Positions 19,197 through 27,957 of a DNA stretch of 64,000 nucleotides are shown piece after piece. A program made the position numbers and the translations under genes. The stretch is from Candidatus Sericytochromatia bacterium (GTDB lineage Bacteria; Cyanobacteriota; Sericytochromatia; S15B-MN24; VGJW01): assembly GCA_035285865.1 (NCBI GenBank), contig JAYKHS010000011.1, positions 32,001-96,000 on the forward strand, in the 5' to 3' direction. Below the pieces are notes generated by a model. That model saw only the letters and a list, made by a program, of their open reading frames with translations, had not been told where the DNA came from and made no database searches. Numbering within the stretch: the first letter of the stretch is position 1; every line of letters begins with the position of its first letter.

Positions 19197-19413
19197 GGGG
19201 ATTCCGTCGCGCAATGCGACACGACCGATTCTGGCAGCACCCGAGCCTTTCCGACACGCGTCGCGCAAGGGAATGCCCTGCGGGCGCCACGCTCCGGGAC
19301 AAGGGCTGCCTCCTCAGGGAAGCCACCCGGGGAGGCGTTGTCCCGGGGCCGTGCACGCGTCTAGTTTGCAGGGCCGGGTCGGTGACGCTCCAGCCCGGCG
19401 GAGGAGGTCATCG

Positions 19414-20097
19414 ATGAGTCGGATTCAGCCTCTGGCCCGCAGCCTGACTGCGCTCGGGTTGCTGGCAGGTTGCGGGGTCGGCACCCCGGCCGTGACGTCG
19501 GAACGCGGTACGCTCGCCACCACTCCGGTGCAGCAGGTCGCGCCAATCGAAAAGGCACCAGGTGTTCACGTCCCCATCTCCCGGACGCCCCGCGTCCCGG
19601 GGGCCTTTGCCCTGCCCCGTCTGGAGGCCCTCGTGGCTGCCGCGCCTGCAGTCGTCACGGCAGACGCCAGCATCCTGACCATATTCCCCACGCTGGGCTT
19701 CGGGGGGGCACGATGGATCGACCTGTACCAACCCTTCTTCGCGGGGTCGGCCCGCGCTCAGGCCTTCGAGGGCATGCCCTTCGGCATCGAGCCGGGAATC
19801 TTCAACCGAATGCACTTCCTCGGGGTGAACAGCCACTTCGGACTCTATCTGCCCTACTACGCAGCGCTCGGTGGCCTGCGGCCCTTCTTCATCAAGTCAC
19901 CGGACGCACCCTTCTATTACTATCCGCTCGTCATCAACCAGGGAGGTGCTTTGACAGCCGTGACCTATGCGACGCGAGACCTGCTCATGCCCTACGGTGC
20001 TGCAGGCGTCTGTCCCGGAGTGACTCCCGGCATCCTGTCGCGGCTGGGCTGGATTGGTGCCCGGCCCGGCGTGACGTCCCACATCCTCGTGCCCTGA
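19414..20097 (+). CDS. Hypothetical lipoprotein (Tyr/Phe/Pro/Gly-rich C-terminal half)
   Basis: GGAGGAGGT SD; LAGC lipobox. Confidence 0.75.
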   Translation: MSRIQPLARSLTALGLLAGCGVGTPAVTSERGTLATTPVQQVAPIEKAPGVHVPISRTPRVPGAFALPRLEALVAAAPAVVTADASILTIFPTLGFGGARWIDLYQPFFAGSARAQAFEGMPFGIEPGIFNRMHFLGVNSHFGLYLPYYAALGGLRPFFIKSPDAPFYYYPLVINQGGALTAVTYATRDLLMPYGAAGVCPGVTPGILSRLGWIGARPGVTSHILVP

Positions 20098-20109
20098 GCC
20101 CGGCGGCAG

Positions 20110-20146
20110 CCCCCGTCGGCCTGGCGCACAGGCCGACGGGGGTTTG
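20110..20146 (+). terminator. Intrinsic terminator
   Basis: CCCCCGTCGGCCTG-gcgca-CAGGCCGACGGGGG followed by TTT. Confidence 0.75.
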
Positions 20147-20179
20147 CCTAGCCCTCGGCGCGGGCCCTATCATGCACCC

Positions 20180-21694
20180 ATGGATACGGTGCATCGCCCC
20201 ACGCTCGAGCGCTCCGAGCAGGAACGCGTCCGTCTGGACAAGCTTTCGGCCATTCAGGCCACGGGCGTCGATGCCTACCCGCCGGAGTTCCGGCCCACGG
20301 CGACCACGGCCCAGGTGCACGAACGACACGCGGCCTTGCCACCGGGTGAGGAGACGGATGATCTCGTGCGCATCGCGGGCCGAATTCTCAGCCGCCGCAC
20401 CTCCGGGAAGCTCTGCTTCATGGACCTGGTCGACGGTTCGCATGCCCGCATCCAGGTCTTCGCCGACCTCGGCGGACTCGGCGAAGATGCCTTCCGCCAA
20501 CTCACGGACTGGGTGGACATCGGCGATATCATCGGCGTTTCCGGACGCGTCCGCCGTACTAAGCGTGGGGAGCTCTCGGTCCAACCGTCGACTTGGACCA
20601 TGTTGGCCAAGGCTCTGCGCCCCCTGCCGGAAAAGTGGCACGGCCTGACAGACGTCGAGGTCCGCTACCGGGCCCGGCACCTCGATCTCATCACGAATCC
20701 CGAAGTCCGGGACGCCTTCGTGAAGCGTTCTCGAGCCGTGTCCGCCATTCGCAGGGTACTCGATGCGGAGGGCTTTCTCGAGGTCGAGACTCCCATGTTG
20801 CATGCCATTCCCGGTGGCGCAGCGGCGCGTCCATTCCTGACCCACCATCACGCCCTGGATCTGGAACTGCACCTGCGCATCTCGCCCGAGTTGTACCTGA
20901 AGCGTCTGGTCGTCGGCGGCCTCGAGCGCGTGTACGAGATTAACCGCAGCTTCCGCAATGAGGGCATTTCGACCCGACACAACCCGGAATTCACCATGAT
21001 CGAGGTCTACCAAGCCTACGCCGACTATACGGACATGATGTCGCTCACGGAGCGACTCGTGGCTGCCGCGGCCATCGAAGCATGTGGTTCGACGCGCATT
21101 CCGTGCCAGCAGCACCCGTCGGGTTTCCTCGACCTGACGCCACCGTGGCCGCGTCGCACGATGCAGGATCAGGTCGATATTTTCCTGCGGGAGCTGGGCA
21201 CCGATCCGGATTCTCTGGATATGGACGCCCGCCTGAAGGTCCTGGTCGCGCAAGGGGGCACCGTCCCGAGGGAAGTCACGCCGGGATCCGTGCTTGCTGC
21301 CCTCTTCGACTGCTTTGACAGCAGACTCATGGACCCCGTGTTCATCACCGACTTCCCCGTCGAAGTGTCTCCGCTCGCCAAACGTCATCGGGCGAATCCG
21401 GATCTTACGGAGCGTTTCGAGGTTTTCGTCCTCGGTCGAGAGTTGGCCAATGCCTTCAGCGAGCTCAACGATCCACTCGATCAGCGGGCCCGGTTCGAGG
21501 CTCAGGCAGCCGCAAAGGCCTCGGGAGACGAAGAGGCCCACGCTGTGGATGACGACTACCTGGGGGCGCTCGAGCAGGGCATGCCGCCGACGGGTGGGCT
21601 CGGCATCGGCATAGATCGACTGGCCATGCTGCTCTGCGATGCCGCCTCGATCCGTGATGTGATTCTCTTTCCTTTGCTTCGCCCAAGGGCTTGA
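20180..21694 (+). CDS. lysS: Lysine--tRNA ligase (class II)
   Basis: PLPEKWHGLTDVEVRYRARHLDL, FLEVETP, FRNEGISTRHNPEFT, GMPPTGGLGIGIDRL. Confidence 0.98.
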   Translation: MDTVHRPTLERSEQERVRLDKLSAIQATGVDAYPPEFRPTATTAQVHERHAALPPGEETDDLVRIAGRILSRRTSGKLCFMDLVDGSHARIQVFADLGGLGEDAFRQLTDWVDIGDIIGVSGRVRRTKRGELSVQPSTWTMLAKALRPLPEKWHGLTDVEVRYRARHLDLITNPEVRDAFVKRSRAVSAIRRVLDAEGFLEVETPMLHAIPGGAAARPFLTHHHALDLELHLRISPELYLKRLVVGGLERVYEINRSFRNEGISTRHNPEFTMIEVYQAYADYTDMMSLTERLVAAAAIEACGSTRIPCQQHPSGFLDLTPPWPRRTMQDQVDIFLRELGTDPDSLDMDARLKVLVAQGGTVPREVTPGSVLAALFDCFDSRLMDPVFITDFPVEVSPLAKRHRANPDLTERFEVFVLGRELANAFSELNDPLDQRARFEAQAAAKASGDEEAHAVDDDYLGALEQGMPPTGGLGIGIDRLAMLLCDAASIRDVILFPLLRPRA

Positions 21695-22425
21695 GTATCT
21701 TGGTTCAGGAAGGACGAGAGGCACCTCGTGGGCTGACCTTCGCCGTGCACGGACTCTCGCTGGGCATCCTGCTGCCGGTCGAGGCCCAGCTTGGCGCCCG
21801 ACTTGCCGCCAGCGCATCGTCCCTCACCATCACTCCCGGTGTTCTGGACGGGTTGCCTGCCGGCCCCCTCCTGCTTGCGCTGGGGTTCCTGATGCCCGCA
21901 GCGTGGGTGGTTGCCGACCTCTGGGCCGCCTATGGACAGCACGCGCCATCGCGTCGCTCGCGCAACCGTCATCTCGGCAGATTCACGGCCGACCTGGTCT
22001 TGATCGGCGCAGTCCTCGGAGGCTGCACCCTCGCACTCTGTGCCATCTCATGGGCCGGCCTGCTCGGAGATGTGCCGATTCCTGTAGCCCGAGCCGCAGG
22101 CTGGTCGTTGCAAGCCGGGCTTTTGATGCTGGTGCTTTTCGGGGTGCCCGAGATGGCTGGACACCTTTGGTCGGGCGCCTCGCCAGAGGTCGAGGGCTCT
22201 GCCCGACTACCCGGTGGCCGATGGTGGCCTTGGATCAGACCGTGGCACCTGATTGTCATGGTCCTGCCACTTGATCCCCTCTTCAGCGGGCATGCGATGC
22301 CGTGGGCCGCATGGGCCGTGGCGTTGCGCCTCGCCGTCCTGCGGATGGACCTTCTGCGCCACGCCGGGCGCAGGGACAGGGTCAGTCTATGGGCCGACGA
22401 CCCTCGAAGGCACGCGCCAGAGTGA
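21691..22425 (+). CDS. Hypothetical integral membrane protein
   Basis: Several hydrophobic segments; TTG overlaps the lysS stop (TTGA). Confidence 0.55.
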   Translation: MSILVQEGREAPRGLTFAVHGLSLGILLPVEAQLGARLAASASSLTITPGVLDGLPAGPLLLALGFLMPAAWVVADLWAAYGQHAPSRRSRNRHLGRFTADLVLIGAVLGGCTLALCAISWAGLLGDVPIPVARAAGWSLQAGLLMLVLFGVPEMAGHLWSGASPEVEGSARLPGGRWWPWIRPWHLIVMVLPLDPLFSGHAMPWAAWAVALRLAVLRMDLLRHAGRRDRVSLWADDPRRHAPE

Positions 22426-22981
22426 CCTCGTCGACGATGTCCAGGTCAGCTCCGACGGAAAGACCCGAGGCGAGCCGCGTGCAGGGTATCCCGAGAGGTC
22501 GCAGCAGGCGCGACAAGTAAAGCGTGGTGGCTTCGCCCTCCACGGTCGGCTCCAGCGCGAGCAGGACCTCACGAATGGCCGGGGCACGCAGCCGCTCGAG
22601 CAGGCTACGCACGTTCAGCTGATCGGGGCCAATGCCATCCAGCGGGGAGAGCAAGCCTCCAAGGACGTGGTAGCGGCCCTTGAACTCCCGGGTGCGCTCC
22701 AGCGCCAGCACCTCACGCGTGCCGGAGACTACAGCCATCAACCCGACGTCTCGACCGGGATCCCCGCAGATGCGGCAAAGCTCGGCGTCGGACAGATCAT
22801 GGCAGGTGCTGCACCGCATCAAGCTCCGGCGGGCCGACACCAGCACCGAGGCGAGGCGTTCGATGGCCTCTACGGGTTGCCCGGCGAGGTGCAGGCCCAG
22901 ACGCTGGGCGCTCTTGTGACCGATGCCAGGCAGTCGCTGCAGTTCGGCGACCAGATCCTGAAGCGGACCAGGCAAGGGCAA
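22382..22981 (-). CDS. recR: Recombination mediator RecR
   Basis: LPGIGHKSAQRL, C4 zinc finger, YHVLGGLLSPLDG, TVEGEAT. Confidence 0.96.
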   Translation of the reverse strand: MPLPGPLQDLVAELQRLPGIGHKSAQRLGLHLAGQPVEAIERLASVLVSARRSLMRCSTCHDLSDAELCRICGDPGRDVGLMAVVSGTREVLALERTREFKGRYHVLGGLLSPLDGIGPDQLNVRSLLERLRAPAIREVLLALEPTVEGEATTLYLSRLLRPLGIPCTRLASGLSVGADLDIVDEVTLARAFEGRRPID

Positions 22982-22990
22982 GGTGACGAC

Positions 22991-23344
22991 CTAGAAGAGG
23001 CCGGGCATGCCGCCCATGGCCCCGGCAATGCCGCCAAGCCGCTGTTCGGCCTCCTGGCGCGCCTTGGTCTGTGCATCCCGAAGCGCCCCCAGAACCAGAT
23101 CCTCGAGCGTCTCCACGTCATCGGCATCGACGGCATCTGGGCTGATGGACACCGCCACGACATCACGATGGCCGTCAACGGTGACCTTCACGGCCCCCCC
23201 GCCGGACGTGCCCTCGATCCGGACCTCCTTCAGGCCCTCCTGGGTCTTCTGAAGGTCCTCCTGCATCTTCTGGGCCTGCCGCATCATGCGACCCAGATCC
23301 ATGCCTCCCATGCCCCCGGGAAATCCGCTTGGCATCTTGCGCAC
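22991..23344 (-). CDS. ybaB: YbaB/EbfC nucleoid-associated protein
   Basis: MMRQAQKMQ, GTSGGGAVKVTVDG, DVETLEDLV; directly upstream of recR. Confidence 0.95.
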   Translation of the reverse strand: MRKMPSGFPGGMGGMDLGRMMRQAQKMQEDLQKTQEGLKEVRIEGTSGGGAVKVTVDGHRDVVAVSISPDAVDADDVETLEDLVLGALRDAQTKARQEAEQRLGGIAGAMGGMPGLF

Positions 23345-23444
23345 GGTCCACACCCCCTTGTGGGAACCATGGTAGCAGACCGGGGGTATGATGAAGGGAA
23401 CACATTCTCCCGCGGCGTCGTCCAACCATCAAAGGATTCCCTTC

Positions 23445-24038
23445 GTGCCCGCCACCCCAGAGCAGATGCACCTCGTGCGCCGTGCCCTGGACGGGGACAA
23501 GCGAGCCTTCGAGATCCTGGTGGATCCCTCCCTGGATCGTCTCTACGCCCTGGCTCACTCCCTCGCGGGGAATCCCGATGACGCTGCCGATGTCCTGCAA
23601 GACGCCCTACTCAAGGCTTACCGGGCACTTGGATCTTTCCGGGGAAGCAGCGATGTCCATGGCTGGCTTTGTCGCATTGTCCGCAACACGGTCCTCGATG
23701 AGTTCAAAAGAGCCTCGAGGCGCCATGAAGAGCCTGTCGACCAGGTCCCCGAACGCCCGGGCGGGTCGCTGGAGAGGCAGCTGGAAGACAAGCAGTTGGG
23801 CGAAGTCGTACGCGAGGCCGTCGATGCCCTCTCGGACAAGCTCCGCGGCCCCCTGTTGCTCTATGACCTCGAGGGCTACGACTATCAGGAAATCGCCACC
23901 ATGCTCGACCTGAACCTCGGCACCGTTAAGTCCCGGCTCAATCGGGCGCGTGAGAGCCTGCGGCAGACTCTGCTCGATCGCAAGGATCGCTGGGCAGCCT
24001 GGCTCGAAGGGAGGACCGATGGACTGCCGACAGGCTGA
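23445..24038 (+). CDS. ECF sigma factor
   Basis: DAADVLQDALLKAY, WLCRIVRN, YQEIATMLDLNLGTVKSRLNRAR. Confidence 0.93.
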   Translation: MPATPEQMHLVRRALDGDKRAFEILVDPSLDRLYALAHSLAGNPDDAADVLQDALLKAYRALGSFRGSSDVHGWLCRIVRNTVLDEFKRASRRHEEPVDQVPERPGGSLERQLEDKQLGEVVREAVDALSDKLRGPLLLYDLEGYDYQEIATMLDLNLGTVKSRLNRARESLRQTLLDRKDRWAAWLEGRTDGLPTG

Positions 24039-24717
24039 ACCCCTTCTGGCAACCTGGCTGGATGGCCCGGGGTGCCTCGGCGGCATCGAGGAAGTCGAAG
24101 TCGAGGCCCACGTGGCGGCGTGCGCGTCCTGCGGACGCCACGTGTCAACGCTTCGCACGATTCAGGAACAGGTCCGCGCCATGCCGAAACCAGCTCTACC
24201 CGAGGACTTCCGCAGGAAGCTCCATCTTGCCTTGGCGGCGGAACCCGTCCCCGTGCGTCCATGGCATGTCCGTCTGCTTTCCGGCCTGAACCTCCCGTCG
24301 CTGGCCTTGGGTGCGGCGAGCGCAGCAGCCCTGACCTTCTTCCTGTGGCGGCCCCCCGGTCCGGGCATCGTGCTCGAGGCGACGGCAGTCCCCGTAGGCC
24401 AGGACGTCGCCGTGCAGGTAGCCTTCGAGGTCCAGGAGGATGTCCGGGACGTGACCTTCGACGTGCGTCTCCCCGAGGGCCTGCGGTTCGTCGACGGGCG
24501 AGGCCGTGACCTGCCCGAGTCGCAGGTCACGTGGCAGGGAGAGCTGCGCAAGGGGCGAACCGTAGTCCCGATTGCCGTTCGCGGTTTGCAGCCAGGCCGG
24601 TGGGAAATCACGGCTGTCGTCCGCAAGGACCGAAGCATCCGGGAAACCCATATCGTCCTGCCGGTCACTGGCGACGGCACCAGGCAGGTTCCGGGCAAAC
24701 AGGGAGGTGACGCATGA
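24019..24717 (+). CDS. Zinc-binding anti-sigma factor (ZAS) with TM helix and C-terminal beta-sandwich
   Basis: HVAACASC (HxxxCxxC), TM segment, beta-rich C-terminus; overlaps the ECF gene. Confidence 0.85.
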   Translation: MDCRQAEPLLATWLDGPGCLGGIEEVEVEAHVAACASCGRHVSTLRTIQEQVRAMPKPALPEDFRRKLHLALAAEPVPVRPWHVRLLSGLNLPSLALGAASAAALTFFLWRPPGPGIVLEATAVPVGQDVAVQVAFEVQEDVRDVTFDVRLPEGLRFVDGRGRDLPESQVTWQGELRKGRTVVPIAVRGLQPGRWEITAVVRKDRSIRETHIVLPVTGDGTRQVPGKQGGDA

Positions 24718-24917
24718 TTCACTCGTCCGCGGTGGCGGCAACCTTGATGGTTCTGACGCTTTCCGCTCCTGCCGTGGCGGGGCCGAGGCCGACTCCGACA
24801 CCCTCACCCTCGCCGACCCCTGCTGTTCTGCCCATCGGCGGGGTCCAAGTCCGACTGGGTATCCCCGGACGGCAACCATCCGGGGCAAGCCACGTCGAGT
24901 CTCCGCGGTTCCGATAG
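24714..24917 (+). CDS. Small exported Pro/Thr/Ser-rich protein
   Basis: ATGA coupling, GGAGGTG SD, signal peptide ending AVA, PRPTPTPSPSPTP tract. Confidence 0.55.
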   Translation: MIHSSAVAATLMVLTLSAPAVAGPRPTPTPSPSPTPAVLPIGGVQVRLGIPGRQPSGASHVESPRFR

Positions 24918-24927
24918 GTTCTACCGG

Positions 24928-25260
24928 ATGGAGAATTGCCTTTTCTGCCGCATCGTTGCCGGATCTTTGCCCGCCACCATCGTGTATCGCACCGAGTCAG
25001 CAGTAGCCTTTGCCGATCGCACTCCTCAGGCCCCGACACACGTTCTGATCGTGCCTACCAGCCACTGCGACGGGTTTCAGGACCTGCCCGCCGGTGACGC
25101 GGCGGGGCTTGTGGCCACGGTGCAGGAAACCGCGCGGTTGCTTGGGGTGGAACGAGCCTACCGCCTCGTGACGAATCAAGGTGCAGGTGCCGGGCAGTCT
25201 GTATTCCATCTCCACTTTCACCTGCTGGCCGGGCGGCCCTTGCAGTGGCCGCCCGGCTGA
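24928..25260 (+). CDS. hinT: HIT family nucleotide hydrolase (HinT)
   Basis: CLFCRI, PQAPTHVLIVP, GQSVFHLHFHLL. Confidence 0.93.
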   Translation: MENCLFCRIVAGSLPATIVYRTESAVAFADRTPQAPTHVLIVPTSHCDGFQDLPAGDAAGLVATVQETARLLGVERAYRLVTNQGAGAGQSVFHLHFHLLAGRPLQWPPG

Positions 25261-25265
25261 GACCC

Positions 25266-25294
25266 TTGCCTGTCCGACAGGGCAGGGCTAAAAT
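25266..25294 (+). promoter_or_regulatory. sigma70 promoter of rpsU
   Basis: TTGCCT-N17-TAAAAT. Confidence 0.65.
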
Positions 25295-25337
25295 GGTGGT
25301 CTACTGTTGATTTGTGTTGGAGAGGGGGTGATACCAA

Positions 25338-25511
25338 ATGGCTGAGATCCGCGTCACTGAAGGCGAGAGCATCGAATCGGCGCTCAAGCGTTTCAAGAAG
25401 AAGATCCAGAAGGCCGGCATCCTCTCCGAGATCAAGCGCCGCGAGCGTTATGAGAAGCCCAGCGTGCGTCGCAAGCGCAAGGCTGAGGCTGCGCGCAAGC
25501 GTCGTTCCTGA
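25338..25511 (+). CDS. rpsU: 30S ribosomal protein S21
   Basis: Translated by hand (below the track cutoff): [57 protein letters not shown]. Confidence 0.97.
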   Translation: MAEIRVTEGESIESALKRFKKKIQKAGILSEIKRRERYEKPSVRRKRKAEAARKRRS

Positions 25512-25523
25512 GGTCCGCTTCCA

Positions 25524-25559
25524 GGGAGCCTCCCCACCTCGGGGAGGCTCTCGTTTCTT
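25524..25559 (+). terminator. Intrinsic terminator after rpsU
   Basis: GGGAGCCTCCCC-acctc-GGGGAGGCTCTC followed by GTTTCTT. Confidence 0.8.
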
Positions 25560-25602
25560 GGGAGCCCATGCCCGCTATAATCCTTGAGCAGGGGGTTTCG
25601 AA

Positions 25603-27093
25603 ATGCCCGACACGCCGCATGACCACGAGGTTCAGGTCTCCCGGCCGTTCCGCCTCTTCGGCGGTACCGTGGGATTCTCGACCTTCGTGGCGCTGGCCGT
25701 CTGGGGTCTGATGCTCTCGGGTGTCCCCTCGTGGTGGCCCGTGATCGTCGGTGGATCGTCACCACCGTGGGTTGCTGCAGCCTTGCTGCTGGCCGTGCTG
25801 GGAACCGGAGCAGGTTTCGTGCACGTCCTGAACACTCAGGAAAGCGAATTACAGCGTACGCATGCCCGCCACGGCCTGCTCGGCACCCTTACTCTGGGTC
25901 TTTTCGGACTCGTTGCCATCCTGACGCACCTGGGTGCTCCCGCGCTGGTCACGCCGCTTCCTGCTGCGGCAATCATGGTCTCGCTGTTTCTGAACCAGCG
26001 CGTCGCGATGACAGCTGTGCTCGCGTGGGGCCTGCTGCTCCAGCTTCTGCCCAGCCAAGGGCCGGATGTGCTCGTCTTGGGCGGCCTCGGCAGCTGGGCC
26101 GCCCTGCAGGCGCTCAGACGCGTGCGCGAGCGGTGGGACGTGGGACGGGCAGGCTTCCGCGTCGCCGCCGTGATGGCCGGAACGACGCTGGCCGTGATGC
26201 TGCTGCGTGGTCGCGGATGGGACGAGGCTGGCCTGTCCGCCCTTCACGCCGCCTTGTCCGGCCCGATGGCCGTCGTGCTGGGTGTTGGCCTTCTGCCCTA
26301 CTTGGAGAAGCTTTCCGGTATCGTCACGCCCTTCACGCTTCTGGAACTGGCCAACCCGGCACAACCCCTGTTGCGGACGCTGTTGCTCAAGGCGCCCGGC
26401 ACCTACCACCACTCCATCCTGGTCGGCAATCTGGGCGAGGCTGCAGCAGAGGCCGTCGGTGCCGATCCCCTTCTGGTGCGCGTCGGGGCCTACTACCACG
26501 ATGTCGGCAAGACCAAGCGGCCCTACTTTTTCATCGAGAATCAGCAAGGTATGCCGAACCAGCATGACCAGATCTCCCCGAGACTGTCGGCTCTGGTCAT
26601 TACCGCACACGTCCGGGAGGGGATCGAACTGGCCCGGGAGCATCGGCTTCCCGAGCAGGTCGCGGCATTCATCCCCACCCATCATGGCTGCTCTCTGGTT
26701 TCGTACTTTTACCATCAGGCGCGCGAGGCCGAGGGTGGCGAGGAGGTCCTGGAGGAGCACTTTCGTTACCCGGGCCCTCGGCCCACGACCAAGGAGACGG
26801 CCATTGTCATGCTGGCCGACGGCGTCGAGGCTACCTGCAGGACACTGACACGCCCGTCCCCGGAGCAGATCGAAGCAACCATCCGCCGGATCGTGCAGAA
26901 ACGGGTCGATGAGGGGGAACTCTCGGAAGCACCGCTGACGCTTGCCGAGATCGAGGTCATCATCGGAGTATTCAATCGCATCCTGCAGGGCCTCTACCAT
27001 CAGCGTATCGAGTATCCCGACCAGCTGTTGGAGCGGGAAGAGCGGGCCCGCCGGGAAGACAGGAGGCGCCTTGGAGGTTCACCTCGAGCTTGA
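25603..27093 (+). CDS. 7TM-HD phosphohydrolase (PgpH/YqfF-like cyclic-di-AMP phosphodiesterase family)
   Basis: Multi-TM region, then LLELAN, APGTYHHS, YHDVGK, YFFIENQ, HHG, FRYPGPRP, MLADGVEA, HQRIEYP. Confidence 0.88.
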   Translation: MPDTPHDHEVQVSRPFRLFGGTVGFSTFVALAVWGLMLSGVPSWWPVIVGGSSPPWVAAALLLAVLGTGAGFVHVLNTQESELQRTHARHGLLGTLTLGLFGLVAILTHLGAPALVTPLPAAAIMVSLFLNQRVAMTAVLAWGLLLQLLPSQGPDVLVLGGLGSWAALQALRRVRERWDVGRAGFRVAAVMAGTTLAVMLLRGRGWDEAGLSALHAALSGPMAVVLGVGLLPYLEKLSGIVTPFTLLELANPAQPLLRTLLLKAPGTYHHSILVGNLGEAAAEAVGADPLLVRVGAYYHDVGKTKRPYFFIENQQGMPNQHDQISPRLSALVITAHVREGIELAREHRLPEQVAAFIPTHHGCSLVSYFYHQAREAEGGEEVLEEHFRYPGPRPTTKETAIVMLADGVEATCRTLTRPSPEQIEATIRRIVQKRVDEGELSEAPLTLAEIEVIIGVFNRILQGLYHQRIEYPDQLLEREERARREDRRRLGGSPRA

Positions 27094-27553
27094 GGTCGAG
27101 ATCCCGGGGTTTCGAAGCGAACCTTGGGCTACGCGTCTCAAGAGGGCAATCATCGAACTCGGCCTTCCTGATGATACGGAGCTGGCCGTTCGTCTGGTGT
27201 CCGACGCATCCATCAGGACCTTGAACCGGGACCACCGAGGCAAGGATGCCGCCACGGACGTACTCAGTTTCCCGATGTACGAGGCCGACGAGCTGGCCGC
27301 ACTCCTCGCGGGCGACCAGCCGAGAGATCCCGGTCCCCTGCTGCTCGGTGACCTCGTCGTGTCCTGGGAAACTTGCAACCGGCAGGCCGAGCACTATGGC
27401 CACGGCCTTGAGCGCGAGTTCGGCTTCTTGCTGGCCCACGGTCTGCTTCATCTCGTGGGTGATGACCATCAGACCCCAGAGGAGGAGGGAGCCATGCGCG
27501 ATCGACAGCGGAAGCTCCTTGACCTCTGGGATCTCGGCCTGGAGTCGGCGTGA
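27071..27553 (+). CDS. ybeY: rRNA maturation endoribonuclease YbeY
   Basis: LNRDHRGKDAATDVLSF, LGDLVVS, HGLLHLVGDDH; AGGAGG SD with TTG start. Confidence 0.95.
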   Translation: MEVHLELEVEIPGFRSEPWATRLKRAIIELGLPDDTELAVRLVSDASIRTLNRDHRGKDAATDVLSFPMYEADELAALLAGDQPRDPGPLLLGDLVVSWETCNRQAEHYGHGLEREFGFLLAHGLLHLVGDDHQTPEEEGAMRDRQRKLLDLWDLGLESA

Positions 27554-27957
27554 GATTCAAGGCCGAGAGCTTTCAGGCCAGCTTCCGATTCGCCGGTGCG
27601 GGCCTCGCCTTTATGTGGCGCACGCAGAGGAACTTCAGGGTGCATATAGCGGCGACCGTGGTCGCCCTGGCCTCTGGCGCGCTTTTGTCGTGTCCCCCGC
27701 TGGAAATGGCGATTCTTCTGATGGTCTGCGCCGGAGTCGTCGCCTGCGAGATGCTCAACACGGCCATCGAGAACGCAGTGGACCTTGCCGTTCGAGAGCG
27801 CCATCCTCTGGCCAAGGCGGCCAAGGACGTGGCGGCCGGGGCCGTCCTGGCCTCCGCGCTCACTGCTGTCGCGGTTGGCGGCCTGATTCTGGGCCCTCGA
27901 GCGTTGGAGCAGTGGTGGCCCCTCCTGCAGGAGGCCTTGGCTCTTCCGTTGCCTTGA
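27550..27957 (+). CDS. dgkA: Diacylglycerol/undecaprenol kinase
   Basis: QRNFRVH, EMLNTAIENAVD, AKAAKDVAAGAV. Confidence 0.93.
   Translation: MRFKAESFQASFRFAGAGLAFMWRTQRNFRVHIAATVVALASGALLSCPPLEMAILLMVCAGVVACEMLNTAIENAVDLAVRERHPLAKAAKDVAAGAVLASALTAVAVGGLILGPRALEQWWPLLQEALALPLP

Noticed and set aside
19197..19358. Known riboswitch, SRP RNA, 6S RNA or tRNA
   Set aside because: No c-di-GMP-I, TPP, SAM, cobalamin, SRP or T-loop signature recognised by eye; kept only as an unknown structured element
19360..19386. Shared AGTTTGCAGG(G)CCG word upstream of ORF 19414 and ORF 28836
   Set aside because: Only two instances with inconsistent downstream elements; could be chance
25312..25587. 91-aa track ORF over rpsU
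   Set aside because: Wrong frame; the true gene is the 57-aa S21 at 25338-25511
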